Source of the DNA: Roseibacillus sp.
GTDB lineage: Bacteria > Verrucomicrobiota > Verrucomicrobiia > Verrucomicrobiales > Akkermansiaceae
Assembly: GCA_051251855.1 (NCBI GenBank)
Contig: JBPOGI010000006.1
Span: 224,001-288,000 of the forward strand
DNA length: 64,000 bases
Reading direction: 5' to 3'
Part shown: positions 10,705-21,100 of the stretch, one piece after another
Numbering within the stretch: the stretch's first letter is position 1
How the letters are laid out: each line of letters starts with the position of its first letter
The notes under the pieces: generated by a model
What the model was told of the DNA's origin: nothing
What the model saw: the letters and a program-made list of their open reading frames with translations, nothing else
Database searches by the model: none
Program-made: the position numbers and the translations under genes

Positions 10705-10963
10705 AATGGCACTGCATTGAGCAGTTTTTCGTGCCGCAGGCAAAGAGAGAGGAGCGTGGTCTTTACAAGCCACCATCCAGTAATGTCTCTCGTTGAAGGT
10801 AGGCCTGCTCACTCCCGAATTCGCTGATCTTGCGTTGATTGATTCATCTGTCCAGTAACGAGATCAACCCCAGCGGCTTAAAAAGCCACTCTCCTATGCC
10901 TACGGCCTCAACTAGGATAAACACACTGTTTTCGAACGAAATGTGGCTTAATGCAGTGCCAAT
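10705..10963. mobile_element. MITE-like element, copy 2 (inverted relative to copy 1), with 13-bp target-site duplication
   Basis: Ends are AATGGCACTGCATTGAGC and GCTTAATGCAGTGCCAAT. Flanked by a perfect direct repeat AGACTCGCGGTCC at 10692-10704 and 10964-10976. The interior matches the reverse complement of about 415-575. Confidence 0.7.
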
Positions 10964-11033
10964 AGACTCGCGGTCCTCGCTGTAGGTGAAAGAATACGGG
11001 CCCAGTTTGCTTATCAGAGATACTACTTTTGAA

Positions 11034-11801
11034 ATGAATCACTTTCCTTTTCTCGCTGCTCTTTTGTTTTTTGGATTGAGCGCTTTTCCTGCTCTGGCTG
11101 AGGAAGGTCAAGAGGCTAAGAAAGAACTGGCCAGCGAGGAGGAACTCTACACCAATCGTAAGAGTGCCTTTACGAACCCCAAAGTGGACCATCCGGACCG
11201 CCCTAACGTGTTACTGATAGGTGATTCCATTTCGATTGGTTACACTCCCTTTGTTCGGAAAACTCTCGAAGAGAAAGCAGATGTCTATCGCATTGCTGGC
11301 AATGGAAAGCATTCTTCCTTCGGTTTGGAAAATCTTGACAAGTGGTTGACGAAAAAGCCTGCGAAATGGGATTTGATTCACTTTAACTGGGGGCTCTGGG
11401 ACCTGTGTTACCGGCATCCTGAATCCAAGGTGCAAGGTCATAGGGACAAGGAGCGAGGAGAGCTGACGACCTCATTGGCAGATTACGAAAGCAACCTTGA
11501 AAAAATTGGGCTGCGATTAAAGGAGACGGGAGCAACTCTCATCTGGTGCGCGACCACGCCTGTGCCCGAGGGGGAGGCGGGGCGCAAGCTAGGTGATGAT
11601 TTGAAATATAATGAAGTGGCGGCGAAGGTGATGAAGAAGCACGGCGTGCTCATCAACGACCTTCACTCTCACGCCCTCGAAAAGTTGCCTGAGACTATGG
11701 TCCGCAAGGGCGACGTTCACTTCACAAATGAAGGCTACCAGCATTTGGCGGAGAAGGTGATGCAGGAAATTTCCGCTGCTCTTGAGAAGGCTGATCAATA
11801 A
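11034..11801 (+). CDS. SGNH/GDSL hydrolase
   Basis: Signal peptide; LLIGDSISIGY, IHFNWGLWD and GDVHF motifs. Confidence 0.9.
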   Translation: MNHFPFLAALLFFGLSAFPALAEEGQEAKKELASEEELYTNRKSAFTNPKVDHPDRPNVLLIGDSISIGYTPFVRKTLEEKADVYRIAGNGKHSSFGLENLDKWLTKKPAKWDLIHFNWGLWDLCYRHPESKVQGHRDKERGELTTSLADYESNLEKIGLRLKETGATLIWCATTPVPEGEAGRKLGDDLKYNEVAAKVMKKHGVLINDLHSHALEKLPETMVRKGDVHFTNEGYQHLAEKVMQEISAALEKADQ

Positions 11802-13207
11802 TCTGCGCCTTCGTCGCTTTCTGCGCAGGATTTTTGCCAGGCTTCGAATTTCTGAGAGAGGTCGGCCACGATTTCAGGATGGTCCTCGGCGAGGTTGTTC
11901 TTTTCGGACGGGTCTTTGATGAGGTCGTAGAGGGACCATGAACCTTTCTGGTTTCCTCGGTAAATTTTGTATTGCTGAGTGGACCAAGCCGCAGTCTTGC
12001 GACATTGGAAACCGATTCCTTTTTTGCGTTCGGTTTCTTCACCAGTCATCACGGGAAGAAGTGAGATGCCATCGAGTGGGCGCTCTCCCTTGTAGTCGAC
12101 CTGCACCGCATCGAGAATGGTGGGGAGGTAATCACTGGTGACGGCGGGGAACTCAGTGACGGTGCCCGCTTTGACTTTGGCCGGCCAAGCGAGGATGCCT
12201 GGAACTCGCACGCCTCCTTCGTTGAGGCTTCGCTTGCGTCCCTTGAAGTGAGCCGCGGACCCTGGGCTCTTGTTGTTTCCTTCCGGGCCATTGTCGGAGC
12301 AGAACCAAACCATGGTGTTGTCGGCGACCCCTGCTTCTTTGAGAGTTGCGCGCAAGCGACCGACTTGGTCATCCATCGCGGTGACGCAGCCATTGTAGTT
12401 CTTTTCAAAGTCGCTCACTCCGGGATACATCGCCGCGTATTTCGGTCCCGCCACAACGGGGAGGTGGGGGGTGTGAAACCAGACGACGGCGAAGAACGGC
12501 TTCTTTTGTTCAGCGGATTGTTCGACGAAAGGAACGACGCGGTCCATGATGACGCGGGAGTCGTCTCCTGCGAGATTTTCGCGCACGACCTCGCCCTTTT
12601 CATTCCAGTAGTGAGTGCCATAGGGTTTCGCAGTGGAGGGGGCTTTGATGACATCCCAGCCCTTGCCTCCTCCGTTCCAGCCTTCTTTATCACCGGGCTT
12701 GAGCATGGGGTCCCAAGTGGGGACTTTGGATTCGGTAGAGAAGCAGACCTCGAAGCCGTTTTTCCAGGGCGGGCTAAAGTGCTCGGTGTCTCCGGGCTTT
12801 GCGCGGTTGGCATCCTTGATCTCGGTGGTGAGGGTACCAAGGTGCCATTTTCCAAAGTGTCCGGTTGCATAGCCTTTTTCTTTGAGAAGTTCGGCCAGGG
12901 TGAGTTCTTCGGTCTTCATCTTGCCCGTGTTGGCGTAGTAGATGCCATAGCGGAAAGGATGACGGCCCGTGATGCTGGAACCGCGAGTGGGGCTACAGAC
13001 TGGCGAAGAAGAATAGAAGCGGTTGAACTGCATCCCTTCCTGAGCCATGGCATCAAGGTGGGGAGTCTTGATGGGGGTCTTCGGGTTGAAGCATTGCACG
13101 TCTCCCCATCCGAGGTCGTCTGCCATCATCAGGATGATGTTCGGTTGTTCGGCGGCTTGAGTGGCCGCGAGTCCGGCGAAGAGGCTGAGAATCAGATTTT
13201 TGAGCAT
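11795..13207 (-). CDS. Sulfatase (Cys-type)
   Basis: Start MLKNLILS at 13207; PNIILMMADDLG, CSPTR, GKWHLG and EGGVRVP motifs. Confidence 0.93.
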   Translation of the reverse strand: MLKNLILSLFAGLAATQAAEQPNIILMMADDLGWGDVQCFNPKTPIKTPHLDAMAQEGMQFNRFYSSSPVCSPTRGSSITGRHPFRYGIYYANTGKMKTEELTLAELLKEKGYATGHFGKWHLGTLTTEIKDANRAKPGDTEHFSPPWKNGFEVCFSTESKVPTWDPMLKPGDKEGWNGGGKGWDVIKAPSTAKPYGTHYWNEKGEVVRENLAGDDSRVIMDRVVPFVEQSAEQKKPFFAVVWFHTPHLPVVAGPKYAAMYPGVSDFEKNYNGCVTAMDDQVGRLRATLKEAGVADNTMVWFCSDNGPEGNNKSPGSAAHFKGRKRSLNEGGVRVPGILAWPAKVKAGTVTEFPAVTSDYLPTILDAVQVDYKGERPLDGISLLPVMTGEETERKKGIGFQCRKTAAWSTQQYKIYRGNQKGSWSLYDLIKDPSEKNNLAEDHPEIVADLSQKFEAWQKSCAESDEGADY

Positions 13208-13613
13208 GGTTCTAATTTTTGGAAAGCGTGGGTGAGATTTTGACGCGAGTCGATCATTGGTTTTACTGGGGGAGGCGTTGTTCTCTTCCAACGATGAATG
13301 AATTTCTGAGGACTCAAGTGTCCTTGTCGTTTTTGACAAAGAGAACGATGCCCAGCTCGAGGTCATTTGTCGCAAGCTCGGAGGAACCATCGAAGTCATC
13401 ATCGAAGACAAAGGCCACAGCCACGGCCAAAAGGAGCTGGCTACGAAGAAGCGTTTTTACGAGTTCGTGAGGGAGAACACCTTTCGAGTGCCGAAGTGAG
13501 TGTTGCTGGGGAATGAGGGAGCATCCCAGCCACCGCCGCTTTTCGATGGGGGGAGCTTGAGAGGGGGGAATCAACGGAGCGAACGGTTTCTGAATTATTT
13601 GTCTGTCCAACTA
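13207..13613 (+). repeat. 407-bp direct repeat, copy 1
   Basis: Same length as 17592-17998 and colinear with it, with scattered substitutions. Its last ~70 bp recur at about 13932-14000. Confidence 0.92.
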
Positions 13614-13617
13614 CGAC
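13593..13617 (+). repeat. 25-bp dispersed motif AATWATTTGTCTGTCCAACTACGAC (first of six copies)
   Basis: Copies at 13593, 13976, 17566, 17978, 18025 and 21663, all in the same orientation. Confidence 0.85.
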
Positions 13618-13618
13618 G

Positions 13619-13695
13619 GTAAATCTTGGGGTTTTCGATTTTAGCGTTTTGACCTTCAGTTCTTTATGCTGATGGTGGTTTTGCGGTGACGTGAT
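13619..13695 (+). repeat. 77-bp exact duplication, copy 1
   Basis: GTAAATCTTGGGG...GGTGACGTGAT is identical to 21584-21660. Confidence 0.92.
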
Positions 13696-13726
13696 GATGT
13701 TGGGGCGGAGGGGATGAATTGTGAAT

Positions 13727-13800
13727 GTGGAATGTGGAATGTGGAATGTGGAATGTGGAATGTGGAATGTGGAATGGTGAAGGTGGAATGGTGAAGGTGG
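13727..13800 (+). repeat. Heptamer tandem repeat (GTGGAAT)7 plus GGTGAAG/GTGGAAT variants
   Basis: Seven perfect units at 13727-13775, then alternating variant units. Confidence 0.95.
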
Positions 13801-13993
13801 GAGAGAGCGTTTTGTTTGTCTGACTTTTCTCATCGTGCCCCAACGGTCCGTCAACAAGGCACTGGGGCCCCGACCCTGTCGGGGGATCCGGACTGAAGTC
13901 CGCACTCCGTCTGGATGGGCAGCTTTGGCTTTGGGGGGGCTTGAGATGGGGGAATCAACGGAGCTGCGGATTCTGAATCATTTGCCTGTCCAA

Positions 13994-14857
13994 CTACGAC
14001 GCGAGGAAAAGGAGGAGTTCTCGTAGCAGCTTGGCGGCGACGACGGAGGAGACGTCGCTGGCGTCGAGGGTGGGGGCGAGTTCCATGAGGTCGAGGGCGA
14101 CAATGTTTTCTGGGGCAAGGGCAGCGAGGAGGGATTCGCAGGTGGCCCAATCGATGCCACCGGGTTCGGGAGTGCCGGTTCCAGGAACGAGTGAGGGATC
14201 GAAGACGTCGATGTCGAAGGTGAGGTAGAGGGGGCGTCCTTTGAGGCGGGAAAGCGCAGTGGTGAGGGCTTCCGCAGTGGGCGCGACGAGTCGGTTCGTG
14301 GCGCGCATTTCTTGAAACTCCTCGCGGGTGCCGGAGCGGATTCCTACTTGGAGGAGGCGTTCTGCAGGCAGGAAATCGAGGATGCGCCGCATGGCACAGG
14401 CATGGGAGTGGGGGGAGCCATTCCACTCCTCCCGCAGGTCGGCGTGGGCATCGAATTGGACCACGGCGAGGTCGGGGTATTTCTCGAAAGCAGCACGCGC
14501 CGGTCCGGGGGTGATGGAATGTTCGCCACCGAGAATGACCGGAATGGCATTGGCTGTTAGAATCTCGATGGTGGCGGAGTAGGCGGCCTCGATGACTGGT
14601 TCGGGTGCACCGTGAGGAAGAGCGAGATTACCGAGGTCGGTGAAAAGAAGGTCTTCCAAGTCCCGATCTTGGGCGGGGGAGTAGGTCTCGATTCCGTCCT
14701 CGCTCACCCTGCGCACTCCGTCCGGCCCCCAGCGAGTTCCGGGCCGGAAGGACGTGGTGCCGTCATAGCCGATTCCGAGGAGGGCGGGTTGTCCGGACTT
14801 GAGTTCAGCACCAGTCGAGGCGATGAAGGGGGCGGAGTTGGGAGGAATAAGGTCCAT
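13994..14857 (-). CDS. speB: Agmatinase
   Basis: Start MDLIPPN at 14857; YDGTTSFRPGTRWGP, LGGEHSIT, QFDAHADLR and DIDVFDPSLVPGTGTPEPGG motifs. Confidence 0.93.
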   Translation of the reverse strand: MDLIPPNSAPFIASTGAELKSGQPALLGIGYDGTTSFRPGTRWGPDGVRRVSEDGIETYSPAQDRDLEDLLFTDLGNLALPHGAPEPVIEAAYSATIEILTANAIPVILGGEHSITPGPARAAFEKYPDLAVVQFDAHADLREEWNGSPHSHACAMRRILDFLPAERLLQVGIRSGTREEFQEMRATNRLVAPTAEALTTALSRLKGRPLYLTFDIDVFDPSLVPGTGTPEPGGIDWATCESLLAALAPENIVALDLMELAPTLDASDVSSVVAAKLLRELLLFLAS

Positions 14858-14864
14858 GGTTTTG

Positions 14865-16091
14865 TTAGGCCAGGCGGTGTTTGAAGGTCTTGTAGCCAAA
14901 TTTTCGAGCCACCTTGAGGGAGCCGTCTTCGCGCAGACAAGTGATGGTTGGGAGGGGGACTCCGTTGAAGGTGTTGTTCTTGACCGTGGTGTAATGGGCC
15001 ATGTCTTGAAAAAGGATTTGGTCACCAATTTGGAGGGGCTCGTCAAAGCTGTAGTCGCCAATGACGTCGCCTGAGAGACAGGTCGGTCCTCCGAAGCGGT
15101 AGGTGTGAGCCTTTTCCCCCGGTTGCCCACTTCCGAGCACGTCGGGGCGGTAGGGCATCTCCAAGACGTCGGGCATGTGGGTGGTGGCCGAGACATCGAG
15201 CACCGCGACCTGCATTCCGTTTTCGACAATGTCGATCACGGAGCCAATGAGCACGCCTGCTCCCGAAGAGATGGCTTCGCCAGGTTCAAGAAAGATGTCC
15301 AGCTGGGGGTAGCGTTCCTGCACTTCACGGATGAGGCGGGTGAGAAGAGGGACATCGTAGTTGGGGTTGGTGATGAGGTGTCCGCCTCCCATGTTGAGCC
15401 ACTTCATTTGCTGTAGATAGGGGTCGAATTTGGCGATGACATGTTCGAGGGTGCGCTCCAAGGCGTCGGCTCCTTGCTCGCAGAGAGTGTGGAAGTGTAG
15501 GCCTTCAATCCCAGTCAAGTCTGCTCCTTCTAACAAGGATGCCAGCACTCCAAAGCGTGAGCCTGGTGCGCAGGGGTTGTAAATCTCCGCCACCGCTTCG
15601 GCATACTCGGGATTGATGCGTAGACCGGGTGAAATTTTGCGGGAGGAATTGAGAAGCTCACCGCGATAGCGCCGCCACTGGCTGAGGGAGTTGAAGACGA
15701 TGTGGTCCGAGATTTCCAGTAGTTTCGTGATTTCAGCGGGCTTGTAGGCGGGCGAAAAGACGTGCACTTCGCCTCCGAATTCCTCGGCTGCAAGACGGGC
15801 TTCGTAGTAGCCACTCGCGGTGGTGCCGGCGAGGTAGTTGCGCAGAATGGGGTAGATGCTGGTGCTGGAGAAGGCCTTCTGGGCGAGGAGGATTTTGGCG
15901 CCGGTGGCGTCCTGAACGGACTTCAGAATTTGTCCGTTGGAGTGAAAGGCCGCTTGGTCGAGGATATAGGCGGGGGTGGCGAGACCGCTTTTCTGGAAAG
16001 AGGAAGCGATTTCAGCAAGAGGAGTGCGCTCCCGGTGTTGGGGTGGGAGGGTTTGGTGGGATTGGGTTGGTTGAAAGTCTGAAGAATTCAT
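14865..16091 (-). CDS. nspC: Carboxynorspermidine/carboxyspermidine decarboxylase
   Basis: ILLAQKAFS (PLP lysine), LHFHTLCEQ, HMPDVLEMPYRP, CLSGDVIGDYSF and YTTVKNNTFNG motifs. Confidence 0.93.
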   Translation of the reverse strand: MNSSDFQPTQSHQTLPPQHRERTPLAEIASSFQKSGLATPAYILDQAAFHSNGQILKSVQDATGAKILLAQKAFSSTSIYPILRNYLAGTTASGYYEARLAAEEFGGEVHVFSPAYKPAEITKLLEISDHIVFNSLSQWRRYRGELLNSSRKISPGLRINPEYAEAVAEIYNPCAPGSRFGVLASLLEGADLTGIEGLHFHTLCEQGADALERTLEHVIAKFDPYLQQMKWLNMGGGHLITNPNYDVPLLTRLIREVQERYPQLDIFLEPGEAISSGAGVLIGSVIDIVENGMQVAVLDVSATTHMPDVLEMPYRPDVLGSGQPGEKAHTYRFGGPTCLSGDVIGDYSFDEPLQIGDQILFQDMAHYTTVKNNTFNGVPLPTITCLREDGSLKVARKFGYKTFKHRLA

Positions 16092-16232
16092 GGAGAAAAA
16101 ATGGGAAAGGATTTGAAAAGAAGAGAGGTCCCGCAGAAGAGCGGGGCCGAGGGTAGCAACAGAAGCACGTAGGGTGCTTTTGTTTGTTCGTTTCAAAGGG
16201 CGCAGCGCGGTTTCTTCAACCAGCGACTGCGC

Positions 16233-17450
16233 CTACAGACTCAATTCTTGATCAACTTCAAGGACATGCCAGGGGAGGCCCCAGGCATTCAAGTCGTCCA
16301 TGAAGGGATCAGGATCGAGCTGCTCCAAGTTCCACACCCCGGGACGCAGCCAAGCTCCGGAAATGAGTTGTCTTCCTCCGATCATCGCCGGGACCCCAGC
16401 GGTGTAGCTGATGGCCTGGCTCTTCACTTCCGCGAAGCATTCCTGATGATCACAAATGTTGTAGATGAATTTCGTCTTCCACTCCCCAGTCTCTTGGCAC
16501 TTGCCAGTGATGAGGCAGCCGATACAGGTTTTGCCCTTGGTGAGGGGGCCCAGCGAGGCGGGGTCGGGGAGCACTTTTTGCAGAAACTGGAGGGGAGAGA
16601 TTTCGGTGTCGCCAATGGTGAGGGGCTCGATATCAGTCATGCCCACGTTCTCGAGAACGGTGAGGTGATTGATATAGTTGTCCGAGAAGGTCATCCAAAA
16701 GCGAATGCGCTCGAGGCCCGGGAGGTTGAGGGCCAGGCTTTCCATCTCCTCGTGATGCAGGAGATAGATTTTGCGGGTGCCGATGTCTTCGTGTGGGAAG
16801 TCGAACTCAGTCGAGACCGCGAGTGGCTCGGTTTCCTTCCATTCTCCTTTTTCCCAATAGCGGCCGGGAGCGGTGATTTCCCGGATGTTGATTTCGGGGC
16901 TGAAGTTGGTGGCGAAGGGCAAGCCGTGATCGCCAGCATTGGCATCGATGATGTCCACCGTTTTGATTTCGCTGAAAAAGTGCTTCAGGGCATAGGCGCA
17001 AAAGACATTGGTTACCCCGGGGTCGAAGCCCGAGCCGAGAATGGCAGTGAGACCGGCTTTCTCGAAGCGCTCCTGGTATTCCCACTGATACTTGTATTCG
17101 AAGTGGGGGTTCTCCGGGGATTCGTAGTTCGCGGTGTCGAGGTAATGGACCCCCGCTTCCAAGCAAGCCTCCATCAGGGTGAGGTCTTGATAGGGCAGGG
17201 CAATGTTGAGGAGGTAGTCGGCCCCGACCTCTTTGAGAAAAGCAGCGGTCGCGGTGACATCGTCGGCATCCACTTGAGCGGTCTTGAGCTCCACGCCGGT
17301 CGCGGCCCGGATGTCAGCGGCAATGGCGTCGCACTTTTCTAGGGTGCGGCTCGCGAGCCAAATGGTGCCAAAGGTCTCGGCATCCTGGGCGCACTTGTGT
17401 GCGACCACGTTCCCGACCCCTCCCGCTCCGATAATGACCGTCGTTATCAT
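16233..17450 (-). CDS. Carboxy(nor)spermidine dehydrogenase (saccharopine dehydrogenase family)
   Basis: IIGAGGVG, LPYQDL, YLDTANYE, GSGFDPG and FATNFSPEINIREIT motifs; directly upstream of nspC. Confidence 0.9.
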   Translation of the reverse strand: MITTVIIGAGGVGNVVAHKCAQDAETFGTIWLASRTLEKCDAIAADIRAATGVELKTAQVDADDVTATAAFLKEVGADYLLNIALPYQDLTLMEACLEAGVHYLDTANYESPENPHFEYKYQWEYQERFEKAGLTAILGSGFDPGVTNVFCAYALKHFFSEIKTVDIIDANAGDHGLPFATNFSPEINIREITAPGRYWEKGEWKETEPLAVSTEFDFPHEDIGTRKIYLLHHEEMESLALNLPGLERIRFWMTFSDNYINHLTVLENVGMTDIEPLTIGDTEISPLQFLQKVLPDPASLGPLTKGKTCIGCLITGKCQETGEWKTKFIYNICDHQECFAEVKSQAISYTAGVPAMIGGRQLISGAWLRPGVWNLEQLDPDPFMDDLNAWGLPWHVLEVDQELSL

Positions 17451-17591
17451 CAACAATTAATCAGAGCGGGGATTTCCTTTTTCTTGAAGATTTAGTCAAT
17501 CTCATTTTCTTTTTGGACACGCTTTTGTGATGAGGCTAGGGAGGGATTTTAGAAGGAGAATGGTCAATCATTTGTCTGTCCCACTAAGACG

Positions 17592-17998
17592 TGGTTCTAA
17601 TTTTTGGAAAGCGTGGGTGAGATTTTGACGCGAGTCGACAATTGGTTTTACTGGGGGAGGGGTTGTTCTCTTCCAACGATGAATGAATTTCTGATGGCTC
17701 AAGTGTCCTTGTCGTATTTGACAAAGAGAACGATACCCAGCTGGAGGCCATCTATCGCAAGCTCGGAGGAACCATCGAAGTCATCATCGAAGACAAAGGC
17801 CACAGCCACGGCCAAAAAGAGCCGGCTACCAAGAAGCGTTTTTACGAGTTCGTGAGGGAGAACACCTTTCGGGTGCCCAAGTGAGTGGTGCTGGGGAATG
17901 AGGGAGCATCCCAGCCACCGCCGCTTTTCGATAGGAGGAGCTTGAGAGGGGGGAATCAAAGGAGTGAGTGGTTTCTCGATTATTTGTCTGTCCAACTA
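17592..17998 (+). repeat. 407-bp direct repeat, copy 2
   Basis: Matches 13207-13613; bracketed on both sides by the 25-bp motif (17566 and 17978). Confidence 0.92.
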
Positions 17999-18135
17999 TT
18001 GCGCAACGGCGCAAGGCGTTTCTCAATAATTTGTCTGTCCAACTACGACGGCTCCAATTACGGAGGTCCAATTACGACGATTAAGAAGCTTCATCGAGGA
18101 TGAGTGGATGGTTTCGCAGCGATGATTTGCTAGGT

Positions 18136-21100
18136 CTAGTACAGAAGTTCTTGTTCTTGAAAGGCGTTGGATTCTGTTAGGTCGATTGCTCTTAGCCCGT
18201 GCATGCTAACTCCGACCCTATACTTTACTGCGGAAGATGAAACGATCTTGCTGAATAAGTCCTCGGATCCTTTCGTTCTATATGACCTAATAAGCATGTC
18301 CGATTCTTTGTCTCGAATTACTGCAAAACGAGCATGGACTTCAACAACCTGACCTAGATTCCAAGTGTTTAAAGGGTATAGAACCTCAGTTCCTAGACGA
18401 GGCGGAAACTTGGTTATTCTGACTGTAGAAAAATGTTCTTCACAATCAGCATACCTCCTTGCTCTAAAGCATTCCCTTCCGTATCTCATCTGAGCGTCGA
18501 AGTTTGAATCTCCGGGTACGAACGCACGCTTGAGATGCGCTAGAGCTTTTTCAGGGTTACCTGCTGAGTCCATGAGAAATTTTCCGTATACACCATTTAC
18601 ATGACGATCGTTTCTCTTTTCTTCTAGGCAGCGTAAGAGAACATCTTCGGCCTTCTCTTTTTCGTTTTTGGCCAAATAGCAAGAATGAAGCTGCAAAGCG
18701 ATGTAGGGGATACTAGGGTTGCTTTCAAATGCAGCTTCCAAACTGGAAAGTACTGAACCGCTGTCTCCAATCAATTTAGCAAGTTTAGCTTTCGCGTCTA
18801 AGAGGTAGCTGTCGTCTGGGTGCGTCTGCAGAAAAGTTTCGACGTCAATTTGAGCTGGCTTGATTAGTTCACGAACGACAACGGGCGAGATGGAGTCTGG
18901 GTTCTGCTCTAGCACAGCTTGAGCCCTTGCAATGCCGATTTTCGCCAGAGTATGTTTAACATGGGAGGTTTTGCTTGTCTTAGCTAGTTGCTTACATGCA
19001 CGTTCTGCTCGACGTAAAAGCCGTTCCTTTACGCTGGGAGAATCGGAGACCTCTGCCCTTCTCAATAAGAGTTCGGCCGCAGTATGCTTAAAGAACGAAT
19101 TTCCGGGGCTAGCTTTTAAAGCAATGTCTATGTGGTGTTGTGAAAGCTCAAGGTCACCGCCCTTTCTTCGCATTTCAAATACCGCTCGTTGATGAAAAAT
19201 GTTGGGATTGCGTTGGCTCTTATCTTCTGCCAATGCAAAAATCTTCTCGACGTAGGTTGTGTCTGAAAACAATTCATTTAGAACCCGTCCGCGGGTGAGT
19301 TCTTTTAAGGCAGTTTCGTCGCTTTGGTAAGCCATGTTTAGTTTCTGGATGACTTTGAAATACTCCTCAAATCTATCGTTCTGGTCTGTCAGAATTCTTA
19401 AAAAGACAATTTCTGCAATGTATGGATGTCGCGCAAAGTAGACGTAGTCACGTGCTAAGTTGTTGTACTCGTTCCCTACGACGCCTTCAAGTGGAGAGAA
19501 GAGCCTCTTTTTGAAGTCTGAGTAAGGAATAGAGTGAATCCTAGATATGAGCATTGCTCTTACTGGGACGGCAAGCCTGTTTAGCAAGCAAATCGTCAAG
19601 TAAACGGCTCGTGCTTCATTAGTGGACAAGCTATCGTACTCATCCTGAATTATCTCTTCAAACGGTTTTCCTTTTGTTACCTCGTATAGGGCGACGAGGA
19701 GATTTCTTTTTGCGGAAACTCGAAATTTTTCAGCGCATTCTGCTTGGGTAAGACCTTCGAGTTCTCCAAGGCAGCCAGTTTCTGTTAGGCGTTGAACAAG
19801 AGAAAGTATTTCTTTTTGGGATAAGTCTCCCATCTCAAACTCTCTCACTGCGATAAAATTAAATCGAGATTTAAACCGGCTCCAATCGTTTGTCCTTACG
19901 CCGCCAACAAAAGTCACCATTTTGGCAGAAGCTCCTAGACTTGAAACACACTTTTTTAGGTTCGATGATTCGCTTCCAACATCGTCAATAAAGACATAAA
20001 TACGTTGCTTGGTAAGCTCGGCTAACTCGGCAATTGCCGCTGAGTTAAGGTCGCTTGGACGCTCGATGTAAAGAGCAAACCCCTCGTGTTCATGGGTAAG
20101 TTCCCAGCTGAGTCGTTTAAGAGCAATAGTCTTTCCTGCGCCAGCGTAACCTCTTAAGAGAATTAGTTCGCATTCTTTTGGGGTATTCTGTTTTTCCTCT
20201 AGAAATACTTCGATTATTATATCTTCGGAAATTTCTCGAACTACATCCCACTTCTGGAGAATAAAGCTCCATCCGTTACTGTTACCGTTAAAAAATTGTT
20301 CCGAGGTGATGTCTCCATCCTTAGGTTCTATTGAATCTACAAAGACAGCGTCGTTTTGTAAGAATAGTGAAGCGTTCTTCGAAAGTGACATCTTTGGTGA
20401 TGTGAAGTGGCTTCTGAGAGTTGGAGGCATTTTTACGTCGGCTCTGAAACCTCTGAAGTCATCGCTAATGAGCGAGTCAAGAGCTTCCATGAAACCGTCA
20501 AAATCCGCGTCGATAGTCGAGACTTTTCGGTTTTCCCACATTTTGTTTTCGACCTCAGTCCAACCTGGACGGACAAAGTAGAATCTCATCCTGTCTTCGA
20601 TGTCATCTCCGACTCGAGTAATAAAGCGACGAATATCTAAGTCAGAACCGCCATATCCGACGAAAATGAAAGTGTATCTCTTCGCCCACTCTTCAAACGT
20701 ATCGAAGAGACTTTTTCTGCCCTCTTCGACATCAAGATATTGGTCCAAAGATAAAACGAGTTTTACTGATTTAGGACCCATATTATCGAAGCAGCCGTGA
20801 AGCTTTAAATATGGAAGATCGTTTTCGTCTTCGACGATACGTTCGAGGTGATCGTCATATACAATCGGTCTTAGATTTTGTGGGCTCGTATCGTCTGCGC
20901 TGTAACTTTTTTCGACGATTAGATCGTAATTTGTAGTAGCTAATCCTGCCCAGCTAAACTTTGGTAGTAGCTTGTGAGCCCTGCCGGGTTTGAAATCTTT
21001 GAAGGAATCTTTCACGAAATTCTGCACGGTTGCTGTGCTAGTATCGGAAATAGCGCATTCTGCGATCTCGGCTAAAGAACCTCCAGACATCTGATTGTTT

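Noticed and set aside
10612..10812. 66-aa ORF
   Set aside because: It lies mostly on REP and MITE sequence and has no recognisable motif.
13208..13411. Long N-terminal extensions of the sulfatase (13411) and agmatinase (15229) ORFs
   Set aside because: They overlap the 407-bp repeat and nspC respectively; better starts are at 13207 and 14857.
13314..13610. 98-aa ORF repeated at 17699-17995 as a transposase or small gene
   Set aside because: It begins at a TTG inside the 25-bp motif and has no transposase motif. It is preserved simply because the DNA is duplicated.
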